DNA of 64,000 nucleotides from Holophagales bacterium (GCA_016716705.1 JADJVF010000011.1:18687-82686); one strand, 5' to 3'; shown: positions 38,681-49,587, counted from the stretch's first letter. The notes: generated by a model from the letters alone, not told the origin. Program-made: numbers and translations.

Positions 38681-39487
38681 ATGGGCCGGAGCGGGACGAT
38701 CGCCGTCGTCGTGGCCGTCGAGGAGGAGTTCGCGCCGTATCGCGGCCTCTTCCCGGGCCTGGGGCCGCTGAGGGAAACGGGTCCGTGGGAGGTCTACGAG
38801 GCCCGGGCCGGCCGGCGCCGCGTCCTCCTCGTTCTGTCGGACTGCGGACCGGCGAACGCAGGGGCGGCCACCGAGCGGGTCATCGGCCATTTCGCCCCGG
38901 CGATCGTCCTGAACGGCGGCTCGGCGGGCGCGCACGACCGCGACCTGCTCCCGGGCGACGTCGTCGTCGGCTCCCGGTACGCGATCCTCTTCCCGCCGTC
39001 CGGCCAGGAGAGGCTCGGTGGCGGCGCGGAGCGGAGCTTTCGCAAGGGGATTCGCTTCCGGAAGGGTGGCGCGAGGGTCCACCTCGACGAGTGCCGGGCG
39101 AACCCGGAGCTGCTGCGCCTCGCGACGGCGACGGCGCGGCGTGTCGTCCCGGCGCTCGGAAGCTGGGCGGCGCCGGGCTGGCCTGCCGGCGTCGAGCCCC
39201 GCACCGGCACGGTGACGGAAGGGCTGATCGGCTCCACGGATGTCTGGACTTCGGACCCCGATGAAGTGGCTACGCTGCGCGTGCTCTACGGAGCGAGGTG
39301 CGAGGACATGGAGAGCGCGTATGTCGCCCAGGTATGCGCGCTGCACGACGTCCCGTTCCTCGCGGTTCGCGTCATCTCCAACAACGAGGAGGCCTGCCCG
39401 GTCGGCGAGGCGGACGTGCCGCGGTCGATCGCCGCCGCGGGCCATCGAGCGGCGGCCGTGATCGCCGCCCTGGCCCGCGAGCTCTAG
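38681..39487 (+). CDS. PNP/UDP phosphorylase-family nucleosidase (MTA/SAH nucleosidase-like)
   Basis: ATG at 38681. GTIAVVVAVEEE… is the characteristic N-terminus of Pfs/MTAN-type nucleosidases. Confidence 0.6.
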   Translation: MGRSGTIAVVVAVEEEFAPYRGLFPGLGPLRETGPWEVYEARAGRRRVLLVLSDCGPANAGAATERVIGHFAPAIVLNGGSAGAHDRDLLPGDVVVGSRYAILFPPSGQERLGGGAERSFRKGIRFRKGGARVHLDECRANPELLRLATATARRVVPALGSWAAPGWPAGVEPRTGTVTEGLIGSTDVWTSDPDEVATLRVLYGARCEDMESAYVAQVCALHDVPFLAVRVISNNEEACPVGEADVPRSIAAAGHRAAAVIAALAREL

Positions 39488-39508
39488 CGTTCGCGGTTGG
39501 TCCGGGAC

Positions 39509-41245
39509 TCACGCCAGCGGCGAGACGAAATCGAAGGCCTTCACGTCCACCAGCCCCCTGTCCGTCAGCTTCAGCTCAGGGATGACCGGCAGCGCGAGGA
39601 AGGCGAGCGTCATGAAGGGGTGGTCGACGGAGGTGCCGAGGGTGTGGGCGGCGGCGTTCGCCCTGCGCTCGGCGAGGTCGACGTCTTCCATCCGCGAATT
39701 GGACATGAGCCCCGCGACGGGAAGGGCCACCTGGGCGAGGACCTGTGCGCCGTCCGCGATGACGATGCCGCCGCCGATCTCGGCGGCCCTTCGGACGGCG
39801 GTCTCCATGGAAGCGTCGTCGCATCCGACCACGACGACGTTGTGGGAGTCGTGGGCAACGGAAGAGGCGATGGCGCCTCGGGCGAGGCCGAAGCCGCGCG
39901 CGAAGGAGACGCCGACGTTGCCGGTGCCGCGGTGGCGCTCGACGACGGCGAGCTTGGCGAGGTCGCGCGAGGGGTCGGCGGCTGCCGCGCCGTCGACGAC
40001 GCGGGCCTCGGCGGTCGCGGAGCCGGTGGCGAGGGAGCCGGGGTGGACCTCGATGACGCGAATGTGCGCGCCCGGCGTTGCGGCGAGGCGGAAGCGCGTC
40101 GCGTCGAATCCGTCGAGGCGGAAGGACGGCCCCTCGGAGATGCCGCGCGAGGGGATGTCGACGAGGAGCTTGCCTCCCTGCGCGACACGGCGCCCGCCGA
40201 GGACGACGAGGTCGGGGCGGACGTCCTCGAGCGCGGCGAAGGTGACGAGGTCGGCGCGGAAACCGGGGGCGATGGCGCCGCGGTCGCGGAAGCCGTAGTG
40301 CCGCGCGCACGACCAGGACGCGAGGCGGAAGGCGAGGACCGGGTCGAGGCCCATCGCGATGGCGCGGCGGACGTGGTGGTCGACGTGGCCGTGGGTGAGG
40401 AGGTCCCACGGGTGGCGGTCGTCGGTGGCGAAGGCGAAGCGCTCGGAGTTCGTCGCGGTGACGAGCGGGAGGAGGTCGTCGAGGTTCTTGGCGGCGGTCC
40501 CCTCGCGGATCCAGATCGACATGCCGCGGCGGACCTTCTCGGTCGCCTCGTCGCGGCCGAGGCACTCGTGGTCGGTCCGGATCCCCGCGCCGATGTAGGC
40601 GTTGAGGTCGAGGCCGGTCAGGAGCGGCGAGTGGCCGTCGATGGGGAGAGAGCGGGAGACGGCGTCCTCGATCTTGGCGCGGACGCCGGGGTCGCCGAAG
40701 AGGAAGCCGGGGACGTTCATCATCTCGGCGAGGCCGAGGACGTTCCTGCGCCCGTAGAAGGGGGCGAGGTCGTGGGCGCCGAGCGTCGCGCCGGCCGTCT
40801 CGAGGTGCGTCGCCGGGACGCACGAGGGGAGCATGACGTGGATCTCGACGGGAAGATCCGCCGCGGAGGCGAGGAACGCCTCGAGCCCCTCGGCACCTCG
40901 GACGTTCGCGATCTCGTGCGGGTCGGTGACGACGGCAGCCGTGCCGTGGACGGCGGCGAGGCGCGCGAAGACGGGAGGGGTCGTCATCGTCGACTCGATG
41001 TGGATGTGGGCGTCCCAGAAAGCGGGGGCGAGGAAGGCGCCCTTCAGGTCGATCTCATTCTCGGGGCGGGCCGCGCGGTAGGGTCCGAAGCCGAGGATCC
41101 GGTCTCCCGCGACGCCGACCGTCTCCTCGTGGATCTCGCCCGTCAGGACGTTGACGACCCGGGCGTTCCGGAAGACGAGGTCGGCGGGGACCGTGCCGCG
41201 GGCGGCGTCGACGAACGCGGAGAGGGGGAGCTTTCCAGAGGGCAT
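39509..41245 (-). CDS. ade: adenine deaminase
   Basis: ATG at 41245 (RC) with GGAGG upstream. Amidohydrolase metal motifs (…AFWDAHIHIES…) and an adenine-deaminase C-terminal domain. Confidence 0.8.
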   Translation of the reverse strand: MPSGKLPLSAFVDAARGTVPADLVFRNARVVNVLTGEIHEETVGVAGDRILGFGPYRAARPENEIDLKGAFLAPAFWDAHIHIESTMTTPPVFARLAAVHGTAAVVTDPHEIANVRGAEGLEAFLASAADLPVEIHVMLPSCVPATHLETAGATLGAHDLAPFYGRRNVLGLAEMMNVPGFLFGDPGVRAKIEDAVSRSLPIDGHSPLLTGLDLNAYIGAGIRTDHECLGRDEATEKVRRGMSIWIREGTAAKNLDDLLPLVTATNSERFAFATDDRHPWDLLTHGHVDHHVRRAIAMGLDPVLAFRLASWSCARHYGFRDRGAIAPGFRADLVTFAALEDVRPDLVVLGGRRVAQGGKLLVDIPSRGISEGPSFRLDGFDATRFRLAATPGAHIRVIEVHPGSLATGSATAEARVVDGAAAADPSRDLAKLAVVERHRGTGNVGVSFARGFGLARGAIASSVAHDSHNVVVVGCDDASMETAVRRAAEIGGGIVIADGAQVLAQVALPVAGLMSNSRMEDVDLAERRANAAAHTLGTSVDHPFMTLAFLALPVIPELKLTDRGLVDVKAFDFVSPLA

Positions 41246-41375
41246 GGGAGCCTCCGGCCGTAGCCTAGACCGGGACGGGTCCGGAGGCGAAATCGAGCGC
41301 CGCCCCCAGCGGAAATGCGGAAACCCGGGGCTGTCATTCGCGTAGGATGAGGACACACCAAAAGGAGGGTTCCCC

Positions 41376-42176
41376 ATGTCCGAGCGCACGGAACTGCTGC
41401 CGGGTTCTTTCTGCTGGCCCGAGCTGGCCACCCCCGACTCCACGAAGGCGAAGGCGTTCTACGCCGGCCTCTTCGGCTGGGCCGCCTTCGACGTGCCTTC
41501 GGCCGGAGGCGCCTACACGCTCTTCCAGCTCCGCGGGCTCGACGTCGCGGCGTGCCGGACGCTGAGCGAGGACGAGAAGGCGCAGGGGATCCCGTCCTAC
41601 TTCATGACGTACATCTCGACGGCCTCGACGGACGCGTCGGCCGCGAAGGCGGCCGAGCTGGGCGGGAAGGTCCTCTTCGGGCCGTTCGACGTCGAGGGGA
41701 TCGGCCGGATGGCGGTCGTCATGGACCCGGGCGGCGTCGTCTTCGCCCTCTGGGAGGCGCGGGGGCACATCGGTGCACGCCTCGTGGGCGAGGAGAACAC
41801 ACTCTGCTGGACCGAGCTCGTCACGAAGGACGCCGACGGCGCGAAGGCGTTCTACGGCGGCCTCTTCGGCTGGACGTGGAAGGAGTCGGAGGTCAGCGGT
41901 CCCGCCGAATACCACGAGATCCACCGCGACGGGCAGGCGATCGGCGGAATGCTGCCGATGAAGGGCCAGTGGTGGGGCGACGTTCCGCCTCACTGGATGC
42001 CCTACATCTTCGTGTCGGACTGCGACGCGTCCGCCACGAAGGCCGCCGAGCTGGGCGGTGCGGCGGTGGTGCCGCCGACGGACATCCCGCACGTCGGCCG
42101 CTTCGCGGTCCTGCACGACGACCAGGGGGCGCACTTCTCGGTCATCGCGATGGCGCCGATGCCGGTGACCGCCTGA
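41376..42176 (+). CDS. tandem VOC (glyoxalase/bleomycin-resistance/dioxygenase) domain protein
   Basis: AAAAGGAGGG RBS. Two repeats of CW(P/T)EL…T(P/K)D…AK(A)FY(A/G)GLFGW. Confidence 0.75.
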   Translation: MSERTELLPGSFCWPELATPDSTKAKAFYAGLFGWAAFDVPSAGGAYTLFQLRGLDVAACRTLSEDEKAQGIPSYFMTYISTASTDASAAKAAELGGKVLFGPFDVEGIGRMAVVMDPGGVVFALWEARGHIGARLVGEENTLCWTELVTKDADGAKAFYGGLFGWTWKESEVSGPAEYHEIHRDGQAIGGMLPMKGQWWGDVPPHWMPYIFVSDCDASATKAAELGGAAVVPPTDIPHVGRFAVLHDDQGAHFSVIAMAPMPVTA

Positions 42177-42265
42177 GTCAACGGGAAGGAGCGGGACGGC
42201 AACCCGCCGTCCCGCACCGCCGCGTCCTCGCGGCGGTGCTACCGTCCTCGCCGGAGGCGAAGCGG

Positions 42266-43309
42266 ATGCGCGCGATCGACCTGAGGAGCGACACGGTGAC
42301 GCGGCCGTCGGCCGCGATGCGGCAGGCGATGGCCGAGGCGGTCGTCGGCGACGACGTCTTCGGCGACGACCCGACGGTCCGGGAGCTGGAAGAGGTCGCG
42401 GCGGAGCTGCTCGGGAAGGCCGCGGGGCTCTACCTGCCTTCGGGGACGATGTCGAACCAGGCGGCGCTCCTCGCGTGGACGGAGCGGGGCGACGAGGTCT
42501 TCCTCCACGAGCGGAGCCACATCCTCCTCTACGAGCAGGCGGGCGCGGCGGTCATCGGGTCGCTCCAGACGCACACCTTCGCCTCCGAGGACGGGATGCT
42601 CGACCCGGAGACGATGGAGGAGTTCGTCCACTCGGGGGAGGACCCGCACAACGCGCCCACGCGCGTCGTCGCCCTCGAGAACACCCACAACCACTGCGGA
42701 GGCCGGGTCCTCGATCCCGCGGGGATCCTGGCGGTGCGCCTCTTCTGCGACCGCCACGGCCTCGCCCTCCATCTCGACGGCGCGCGGGTCGCGAACGCCG
42801 CGGTCGCGAGCGTTCGCTCGATGGCGGAACTCGCCGCGCCGTTCGACTCGGTGAGCCTCTGCCTCTCCAAGGGGCTCGGAGCGCCCGTCGGGTCGGTCCT
42901 CGCCGGCCCGGCGGAGTTCGTGAAACGGGCGCGCCGCGCGCGGAAGATGCTCGGCGGCGGGATGCGCCAGGCCGGGATCCTCGCCGCGGCGGGGCTCTAC
43001 GCACTCCGTAACAACGTCTCCCGCCTCGCGGAGGACCACCGTCGTGCCCACGCCCTCGCCGAGAGGCTCGCGACGGTGCCGGGCCTCGCGGTCGAGCTCC
43101 GCTCCGTGGAAACGAACATGGTCTTCGTCTCCACGCGGCCCTCGGGCCGCCGCGCCGCCGAGGTCGCAAGACTCTTTTCCGAGGCCGGGGCCCTCTGCCT
43201 CGCCGAATCGCCGTGGAGGATCCGTTTCGTCACGCACCTCGACGTGGACGACGCGGACGTGGAGGAAGCGGGCGAGATCGTCGCGCGGACGATGGCCGCC
43301 CTCGTGTGA
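42266..43309 (+). CDS. ltaE: low-specificity L-threonine aldolase
   Basis: MRAIDLRSDTVTRPS… is the beta-eliminating lyase/threonine aldolase N-terminus; PLP Lys region SLCLSKGLGAP. Confidence 0.8.
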   Translation: MRAIDLRSDTVTRPSAAMRQAMAEAVVGDDVFGDDPTVRELEEVAAELLGKAAGLYLPSGTMSNQAALLAWTERGDEVFLHERSHILLYEQAGAAVIGSLQTHTFASEDGMLDPETMEEFVHSGEDPHNAPTRVVALENTHNHCGGRVLDPAGILAVRLFCDRHGLALHLDGARVANAAVASVRSMAELAAPFDSVSLCLSKGLGAPVGSVLAGPAEFVKRARRARKMLGGGMRQAGILAAAGLYALRNNVSRLAEDHRRAHALAERLATVPGLAVELRSVETNMVFVSTRPSGRRAAEVARLFSEAGALCLAESPWRIRFVTHLDVDDADVEEAGEIVARTMAALV

Positions 43310-43328
43310 AGAGGAGCCTGCCGCTTCC

Positions 43329-44549
43329 GTGAGCCGGGTGCCGGGGCCTGCGGGCGCGTCCCCTTCCGCGACGGGGCGCGAGCTCTTCGCCGCCGGCTTC
43401 GTGACCTTCTCGCTCCTCTACGAGACGCAGCCGGTCCTGCCTCTCATCGCCGGAACGTTCGGCCTCTCGCCGGCAGGGGCCAGCCTCTCGCTCTCGGCGG
43501 CGACCTTCGCCCTCGCGCTCGGAATGGTCTTGGCGGCGCCGCTCTCCGACGCGAAGGGCCGGGTCGGGGTCCTGCGGGTGGCGCTCGTCCTCGCTGCGCT
43601 CCTCGGGCTCGTCGTCCCGTTCGCGCCGACGTTCTCCCTCCTCGTGGTCCTCAGGGCCGTCCAGGGGCTCGCCCTCGCGGGCGTGCCCGCGGTCGCCATG
43701 GCCTATCTCTCCGAGGAGGTCGAACCGAAGCGGGCCGGCGCCGCGATGGGGCTCTTCATCGCGGGGAACGCGGTGGGCGGGATGGTCGGGCGCCTCGTCG
43801 TGGGGCTCCTCTCCGCACACCTCGGCTGGAAGGGAGGCCTGTGGGGGCTCGCCCTCCTCGACCTCGCGCTCGCGGCGTGGTTCGCTCGGAACGTCCCGCC
43901 GTCGCGACGCTTCCGTCCGCGCCCCTTCGAGCGGGCCGCGATTCTCCGGGGGCTCGTCGCGAGCGGGCGCGACCCGGTCCTCCTCGGGCTCTGCGCGATG
44001 GGGTTCCTCGTCATGGGGAGCTTCGTCACGGTCTACAACTACCTGGCCTTCTCGCTCGAGGGGCCGCCCTGGCGGCTTTCGCCGTCGGTCGTCTCGTGGG
44101 TCTTTCTCCTCTACACGGTCGGGGTCTTCACCTCGCCGCTCGCCGGGCGCCTCTCGGATCGCGTCGGAAGGCCGCGGGTCCTGATGGCCGGGGCGCTCCT
44201 TCAGCTCGCTGGGGCGGCCGCGACGCTCGTCGTCCCGCTGCCGCTGAAGCTCCTCGGGCTCGCCGTCTTCACGCTCGGCTTCTTCACCGCCCACGCCGTC
44301 GCCTCGACCGGCGTCGCCCACCGGGGCGGCGCGGAGAAGGCGGCGGCGTCCGCGCACTACCTCCTCGCCTACTACACGGGCTCGAGCGCGGTCGGTACGC
44401 TCGGCGGGCTCGTCTTCGCGCGCGCCGGGTGGAGCGGCGTCGTGGCCCTCGTCTCGGCGCTCCTCGCGCTGGCGGTCGCCGTGGCCCTGGCGCTCGGAAG
44501 GACGGCGCGGGGAGCAGGGCGGGCGGCCCCCCCCGCTCCGGCCGGCTAG
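43329..44549 (+). CDS. MFS transporter
   Basis: GTG at 43329. Twelve predicted TM segments and the MFS motif GRLSDRVGRPRVL. Confidence 0.7.
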   Translation: MSRVPGPAGASPSATGRELFAAGFVTFSLLYETQPVLPLIAGTFGLSPAGASLSLSAATFALALGMVLAAPLSDAKGRVGVLRVALVLAALLGLVVPFAPTFSLLVVLRAVQGLALAGVPAVAMAYLSEEVEPKRAGAAMGLFIAGNAVGGMVGRLVVGLLSAHLGWKGGLWGLALLDLALAAWFARNVPPSRRFRPRPFERAAILRGLVASGRDPVLLGLCAMGFLVMGSFVTVYNYLAFSLEGPPWRLSPSVVSWVFLLYTVGVFTSPLAGRLSDRVGRPRVLMAGALLQLAGAAATLVVPLPLKLLGLAVFTLGFFTAHAVASTGVAHRGGAEKAAASAHYLLAYYTGSSAVGTLGGLVFARAGWSGVVALVSALLALAVAVALALGRTARGAGRAAPPAPAG

Positions 44550-45553
44550 AACCTCCCGGAGTCGACGTCCCGGAGGAACCGGAGGAGCCCCTCGAAGTAG
44601 CTCTTCTGGTCGTCGTAGATCGCCAGGTGGCTGCCGTCGGGGCAGTGGTGGTACCGGCCGCGTGCGAACGCCCCCGCCATCCACTCGAGGTGCGCGGGGT
44701 CCATCGTGTCGTGCCGGGCGCCGAGGACGAGCGTCGGGACGGTGATCGACGAAAGGTCCTTCGTCCGATCCCAATCGACGAGCTTTCCGGAGGCGCCCAG
44801 CTCGCTTGGCCCCTGCATCGGCACGTAGACCTTCGGGTTCAGGTGACGGAACGCCCGGCTCACCGGCTCGGGCCACTCGGCGGCGGGGATTCGGAGAACG
44901 TGGTGCTCGTAGTGGTGGGGGACGAGGAGCTCCATGTAGCGCGGGTGCTCGTGGTTCCCCTCGGCCTCGAGCCGCTGGATCTCCTCGAGCGCCTCCGGTG
45001 GCATCGCCGGCATGAGGACGTCCCGCGCGTAGGCGTTGTAGGCCGGGATGCTTGCCATCATGTTGGAGACGATGAGACCGCGCAGGTGCTCCTGGTGCTT
45101 CAGGGCGTACTCGATGGCCAGGATGCCTCCCCACGACTGGCCCAGCAGAAAGAAGCTCCGCCGGTCGAGGCCGAGTGCCGCGCGGACCTGCTCGACCTCG
45201 TCGACGAACCGCGGGAGCTCCCAGAGCTCGGGAGCCTCGGGCTGGTCGCTGTAGAAGGAGCCGAGCTGGTCGTAGTAGTAGTACTCGACGCCGGCGCCGG
45301 GGAACCAGCTGTCGCACGCTTCGAAGTACTCGTGGGTGACGCCAGGTCCGCCGTGGAGAAGGAGGACCTTGACGCGCGGGTTGTTCCCCACCCGCTTCGT
45401 CCAGACGCGAAACGTTCCGGCGGGCGTTTCGACCGGGATCACCCGGACGCCGCCCGTGAGCGCGTCGGCGCGGCCCGAGGAGTCGAGGTAGCTCGCGAGC
45501 GACACGCCCCCGACGGGCTCGACTGCGTCAGCGCGCGACACGTCCTTCGTCAT
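44546..45553 (-). CDS. pip: proline iminopeptidase (alpha/beta hydrolase)
   Basis: ATG at 45553 (RC) with GGAGG. HGGPG oxyanion motif, GQSWGG nucleophile elbow. Confidence 0.85.
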   Translation of the reverse strand: MTKDVSRADAVEPVGGVSLASYLDSSGRADALTGGVRVIPVETPAGTFRVWTKRVGNNPRVKVLLLHGGPGVTHEYFEACDSWFPGAGVEYYYYDQLGSFYSDQPEAPELWELPRFVDEVEQVRAALGLDRRSFFLLGQSWGGILAIEYALKHQEHLRGLIVSNMMASIPAYNAYARDVLMPAMPPEALEEIQRLEAEGNHEHPRYMELLVPHHYEHHVLRIPAAEWPEPVSRAFRHLNPKVYVPMQGPSELGASGKLVDWDRTKDLSSITVPTLVLGARHDTMDPAHLEWMAGAFARGRYHHCPDGSHLAIYDDQKSYFEGLLRFLRDVDSGRF

Positions 45554-45742
45554 GAAGCCTCCTGTGCCGGTGGAGAACGCCACCGGCCGGCAGGGCGGGC
45601 GGCGAGGAAGTGAACGTCGAAGCGGTTGGCGGCAGGACTTTACGGCAGGAACGGCCGGAATGCGACGCCCACGCGGGACCGCTCGTCCGTCAACTATCCT
45701 CGTGCGGTCGTCGGCGACCGAACTGGCGGCCGGGAGAGAGAG

Positions 45743-46774
45743 ATGAGCCACCTCCGGGGAGCGTTCGCGGTATTCACGCTTGCTGTCCTTCCCCTGGCCG
45801 GTTGCGCCACGGGCACGAAGAGGGCGGCGTCGTTCGCCGAGGCGGTGAAGGCCCGGCCCGACGTGACGATCGTCGTCACCGACTCGGGCCTCGGCGGTCT
45901 CTCCGTCGTCGCCGACCTGGCGGCGCGGCTCCCGCAGAGCGGCATCGCCCGCTCGGCGCGCGTCGTCTTCGTCAATGCCCTTCTCGACGACGCCATCGGC
46001 TACAACGACCTGAAGGACGAGGCCGACAAGGTCCGCGTCTTCGACGCCGCCCTCGCGGCGATGGAGAGCCGCTACCGACCCGACCTCGTCCTCGTCGCCT
46101 GCAACACGCTCTCGGTCTTCTACGAGAAGACGGAGCACGCCCGGCGGGGGACGACGGAGACAGTCAGCATCGTCCCCATGGGGGCGGAGCTCATCGAGCG
46201 GACGCTGAAGGAGACGCCGGACGCCACCGCGATGATCTTCGCGACGAAGGGGACGATCGACTCCGGGGCCCACCGCCGCCTCCTTCTCGGCAACGGGGTC
46301 TCCGGCGCGAGGATCGTCGGGCAGGCGTGCCCGAAGCTCACCGGCGCGATCGAGAGGGGTGCGCACAGCGAGGAGACGGCCGGCCGGATCCGAGGGTTCG
46401 TGGAGGAGGCGATCGGGAGTCTCCCGGAGAAGAAGGGCCCGCTCGTCGTGAGCCTCAACTGCACCCACTTCGGCTACGCCCGGCCGCTCTGGGAGGAGAC
46501 CTTCGAGAAGCTCGGCTACCCGGGGGTGAAGGTCCTCGACCCCAATCCGCTCATGACCGACCTCGTCCTGCGGGAGGGTGGGGCGAAGCGCTACCCGGAG
46601 ACGAAGGTGACGGTCGAGGTCGTCTCGAAGACGCCGATCACGCCCGACGTGAAGGCCGCCCTCGGCGCCCTCCTCCGGACGACCTCGCCCGCGACGGCGG
46701 ACGCGCTCGAGAAGTACACGCACGCCCCGGACCTCTTCCACGTCGCGATCGAGCCGTCGGCGCTCGTCCGCTGA
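45743..46774 (+). CDS. Asp/Glu/hydantoin racemase-family lipoprotein
   Basis: ATG at 45743 with GGGAGAGAGAG upstream. Lipobox LPLAGC. VVTDSGLGGLSV…LVACNT resembles the glutamate-racemase Cys motifs. Confidence 0.55.
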   Translation: MSHLRGAFAVFTLAVLPLAGCATGTKRAASFAEAVKARPDVTIVVTDSGLGGLSVVADLAARLPQSGIARSARVVFVNALLDDAIGYNDLKDEADKVRVFDAALAAMESRYRPDLVLVACNTLSVFYEKTEHARRGTTETVSIVPMGAELIERTLKETPDATAMIFATKGTIDSGAHRRLLLGNGVSGARIVGQACPKLTGAIERGAHSEETAGRIRGFVEEAIGSLPEKKGPLVVSLNCTHFGYARPLWEETFEKLGYPGVKVLDPNPLMTDLVLREGGAKRYPETKVTVEVVSKTPITPDVKAALGALLRTTSPATADALEKYTHAPDLFHVAIEPSALVR

Positions 46775-46910
46775 GGCGTGCCGGGGAGCAGCCCCGACGA
46801 GGCGGACGGGTTCGACGGGGGGCGGGATCGCCCCTGCCGGAAACCTGCCGCGACGCAGCGCGTACCTCGGAAAGGTGCCCCTCCGCAGAGGTCGGTCCGA
46901 GGAGGAACGG

Positions 46911-48389
46911 ATGAGAAGAATCGTTCCTGCCGCAGCGGCTATCGCGGCTTTTCTTGCTCTTTCCGCCGCGCCTGCCCTGGGCCAGGAGAAGCCGCGCGCC
47001 TTCGCAAGCTACGCAGAGATGCGCGCGGAGGCGGGGCGCCTTTCGAACGACGAGAAGTACGCCGAGGCTGCGGCCATCCTCGAGAAGGCGATCGACGCGT
47101 ATCCCGATCGGCTTCGTGCCAACACGTACAACCTCGCCTTGATGCGCGTGAGGCTCGGGGAGCCGGAGAATGCGGCAGAGGCTCTCGAGCTCGGTCTCTC
47201 CCGCGGGGCCTGGTACGGCAAGTTCGATTTTTTCGCCGAGCTCTGGGCTCCGCTGAAGGCGCTACCGCGCTTCGCGGAGATCGAGAGGCGCTGCGAGGCG
47301 CGCAGGGCCGAGGCCGAGAAGCTCCTGAAGCCGCGACTGGACGTCGCCGTTCCCCCCGGCGCCAGGGCGGGTGCGAAGCTCCCGCTCTTCATCGCGCTTC
47401 ACGGCGGGGGCGAGAACGTCGACGCCTTCCGCCCGCACTGGACCTCTCCGCTTCTCGAGCAGGGCTTCGTCGTGGCCTACCCGCAGTCGACCCAGCTCGT
47501 CGCGCCCGACGGATACGACTGGATGCAGGACGCCCCGCGCACGCTCCGCGAGCTGAAGGACGTCTACACCAGGCTCGTCGCGGATTACCCGGTCGACGCG
47601 TCCCGGGTCGTCGTCGGCGGTTTCTCGTCGGGCGGGGCGGCGGCCCTCGAGGTGGTCGCCGCCGGGACGTTCCCGGTGTCCGGTTTCGTCTCCCTCTGCC
47701 CGCCGAGACCGCCCGGCCTCACGGCCGAGAAGGCCCGGGCCGCGGCGTCGCGGGGCGTGAAGGGGACGCTGCTCACGACCGAACGGGATGGGCGTCTCGC
47801 CGACCAGAAGGAGATGGCCGAGCTGATGCGGGGCGCGGGGCTCCTCGTCGATTTCGTCGTGACGCCCGACATCGGCCACTGGTACCCCGCGGACCTCGCC
47901 GCGAGGATCGATTCCACTCTCCGGGCGGTCGTTCCGCTCGGGCTGCCAGGAGCGGCGGGTGAGAGAGCCGTGGTCGAAGCGGCGATCCGCGACTCCATCG
48001 GCTGGGCGCTCGGGAAGGACAGGGCGCGCCTGGAGAGCATCCTGACGCACGACGACGACCTCTTCATCTTTCATCCCGACTCGAAGTCGAACGTGAGTGG
48101 GTGGGCCGCATTCTCGAAGCTTCTGGACGGGTTCATGGATCCCCGCTTCGTGGCGACCCGCTTCGAGGTGAGAGACCTCGCCATCACCTTCTCCCGCGGG
48201 GGAGACGTGGCCTGGTTCTCGACGCTTCTGGAGGATTGCGGCACCTGGGAGGGGAAGGAGTCGTGCTGGAAGGACACCCGCTGGACGGGGGTCCTCGAGA
48301 AGCGGGGCGGAACCTGGAGGATCGTCCAGATGCACTTTTCGTTCGCCAGGGACAAGGTCCTCGCGGAGTGCCCTGTCCCCGCGGCTTAG
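46911..48389 (+). CDS. secreted alpha/beta-hydrolase (esterase) with C-terminal SnoaL/NTF2-like domain
   Basis: ATG at 46911 with GAGGAGG. Signal peptide. Nucleophile elbow GGFSSGG. C-terminal 130 aa NTF2-like. Confidence 0.6.
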   Translation: MRRIVPAAAAIAAFLALSAAPALGQEKPRAFASYAEMRAEAGRLSNDEKYAEAAAILEKAIDAYPDRLRANTYNLALMRVRLGEPENAAEALELGLSRGAWYGKFDFFAELWAPLKALPRFAEIERRCEARRAEAEKLLKPRLDVAVPPGARAGAKLPLFIALHGGGENVDAFRPHWTSPLLEQGFVVAYPQSTQLVAPDGYDWMQDAPRTLRELKDVYTRLVADYPVDASRVVVGGFSSGGAAALEVVAAGTFPVSGFVSLCPPRPPGLTAEKARAAASRGVKGTLLTTERDGRLADQKEMAELMRGAGLLVDFVVTPDIGHWYPADLAARIDSTLRAVVPLGLPGAAGERAVVEAAIRDSIGWALGKDRARLESILTHDDDLFIFHPDSKSNVSGWAAFSKLLDGFMDPRFVATRFEVRDLAITFSRGGDVAWFSTLLEDCGTWEGKESCWKDTRWTGVLEKRGGTWRIVQMHFSFARDKVLAECPVPAA

Positions 48390-48435
48390 CCGCCCTCGAC
48401 GGGAAGGACGCGTCTTCGGCTAACCTCAGCGGGAG

Positions 48436-49586
48436 ATGCCGTTTCGCTCCCGGACCCTCCTGGTGCTCTTCCTCCTCGGGCGGCCGCTCGTCGCTGCCGA
48501 ACCCCCGTTCGCGACGGAGCTGGCGATCGGGTTCGGGTACGAGGGGAGCGCGATGCAGCGACCCGTCGTCGTTCTCGACGGGACCCCCTCGTCCGCCTAC
48601 GAGTACTCCGCCGACGGAAGGGCGCACACGGTCGACGTCGCGGCGACGCGCTGGTTCTCGCCGGTCGGCGACGACGACCGGACTCCCTTCGCGCTTCTGC
48701 CGTACGTCGCGCGGTCCTCGAGCGCCACGGCGCGCTTCGCCCTGACCGGGACGAGCCGCGACTCGTTCGGGAGCTTCTCGGGGCAGGAGTCGAGCCTGGA
48801 AGTTCGGCTCGCGGGAGACGGATCGCTCCGTGAGGCGGACCTTTCGGCCGAGTGGTTCTTCGGGAGGAGCCTCGCCGTGCGCGGGAGCTTCGAATACGGA
48901 AACGAGCGGGAGACGGCTGCGTCGACCGGCGTGGAACGCCCCTCGGGCCGGGCCGACGTCTCGACGGCCGGGACGCGCTCGTCGAGCGCGACGGGCTCGC
49001 TCGGCCTCGCCCTCCGCCTCGGCGAGCACGAGGTGAGCGCTACGGGGAGCTACGGTGAATCGGACCAGACGCGCGACGACGCGAGCGCTTTCACCGGGAG
49101 CGCGCAGCCCTTCTTCTCGACCCTGACCTCGGAGGGGATCGTCCGGCGGGCGACGCTCGGCACGCGCCTTCTCTTTTTCGATCGGCGCCTCGCCGTCGAC
49201 GCCTCGGCGAGCACCGCCGAGACGACCTCCTCCTCGGACCTCGCGACGGCCCTCTCCGGCCCCTTCGTCCAGGGGCGGGCATCTCGAGGATCGCGACCGT
49301 CGAGGCGACCTGGTTCGCGACGCGCCGCCTCGGCCTCTCGGCCGGCTTCGGGTTCGGCTCGCAGGACGTGTCCTCCGGCTCGCCCGGGCGGCTCCGGCCG
49401 TCGCGGTCGGAGACGGCACGAACGTTCTCCGCGAGCCTCCGGTGGTTCGCGTCGGAGCGGGTCTCCGTCGTCCTTTCGGCGTCGCGGACCCGGAGCGAGG
49501 AGATCACGCCTCCCGATTCGAGCACCTACCAGCGCTTCGAGGAGACCGTCGACCGTGTGACGCTCGGAGCGGCGCTGAGGTTCTGA
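48436..49586 (+). CDS. putative outer-membrane beta-barrel protein; apparent frameshift near 49265-49290
   Basis: Signal peptide MPFRSRTLLVLFLLGRPLVAAEP. Alternating beta-strand pattern with a C-terminal …VTLGAALRF. The C-terminal 100 aa are only coherent in a second frame. The stop at 49584-49586 lies 1 nt before the kefC GTG. Confidence 0.45.
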
Positions 49587-49587
49587 C

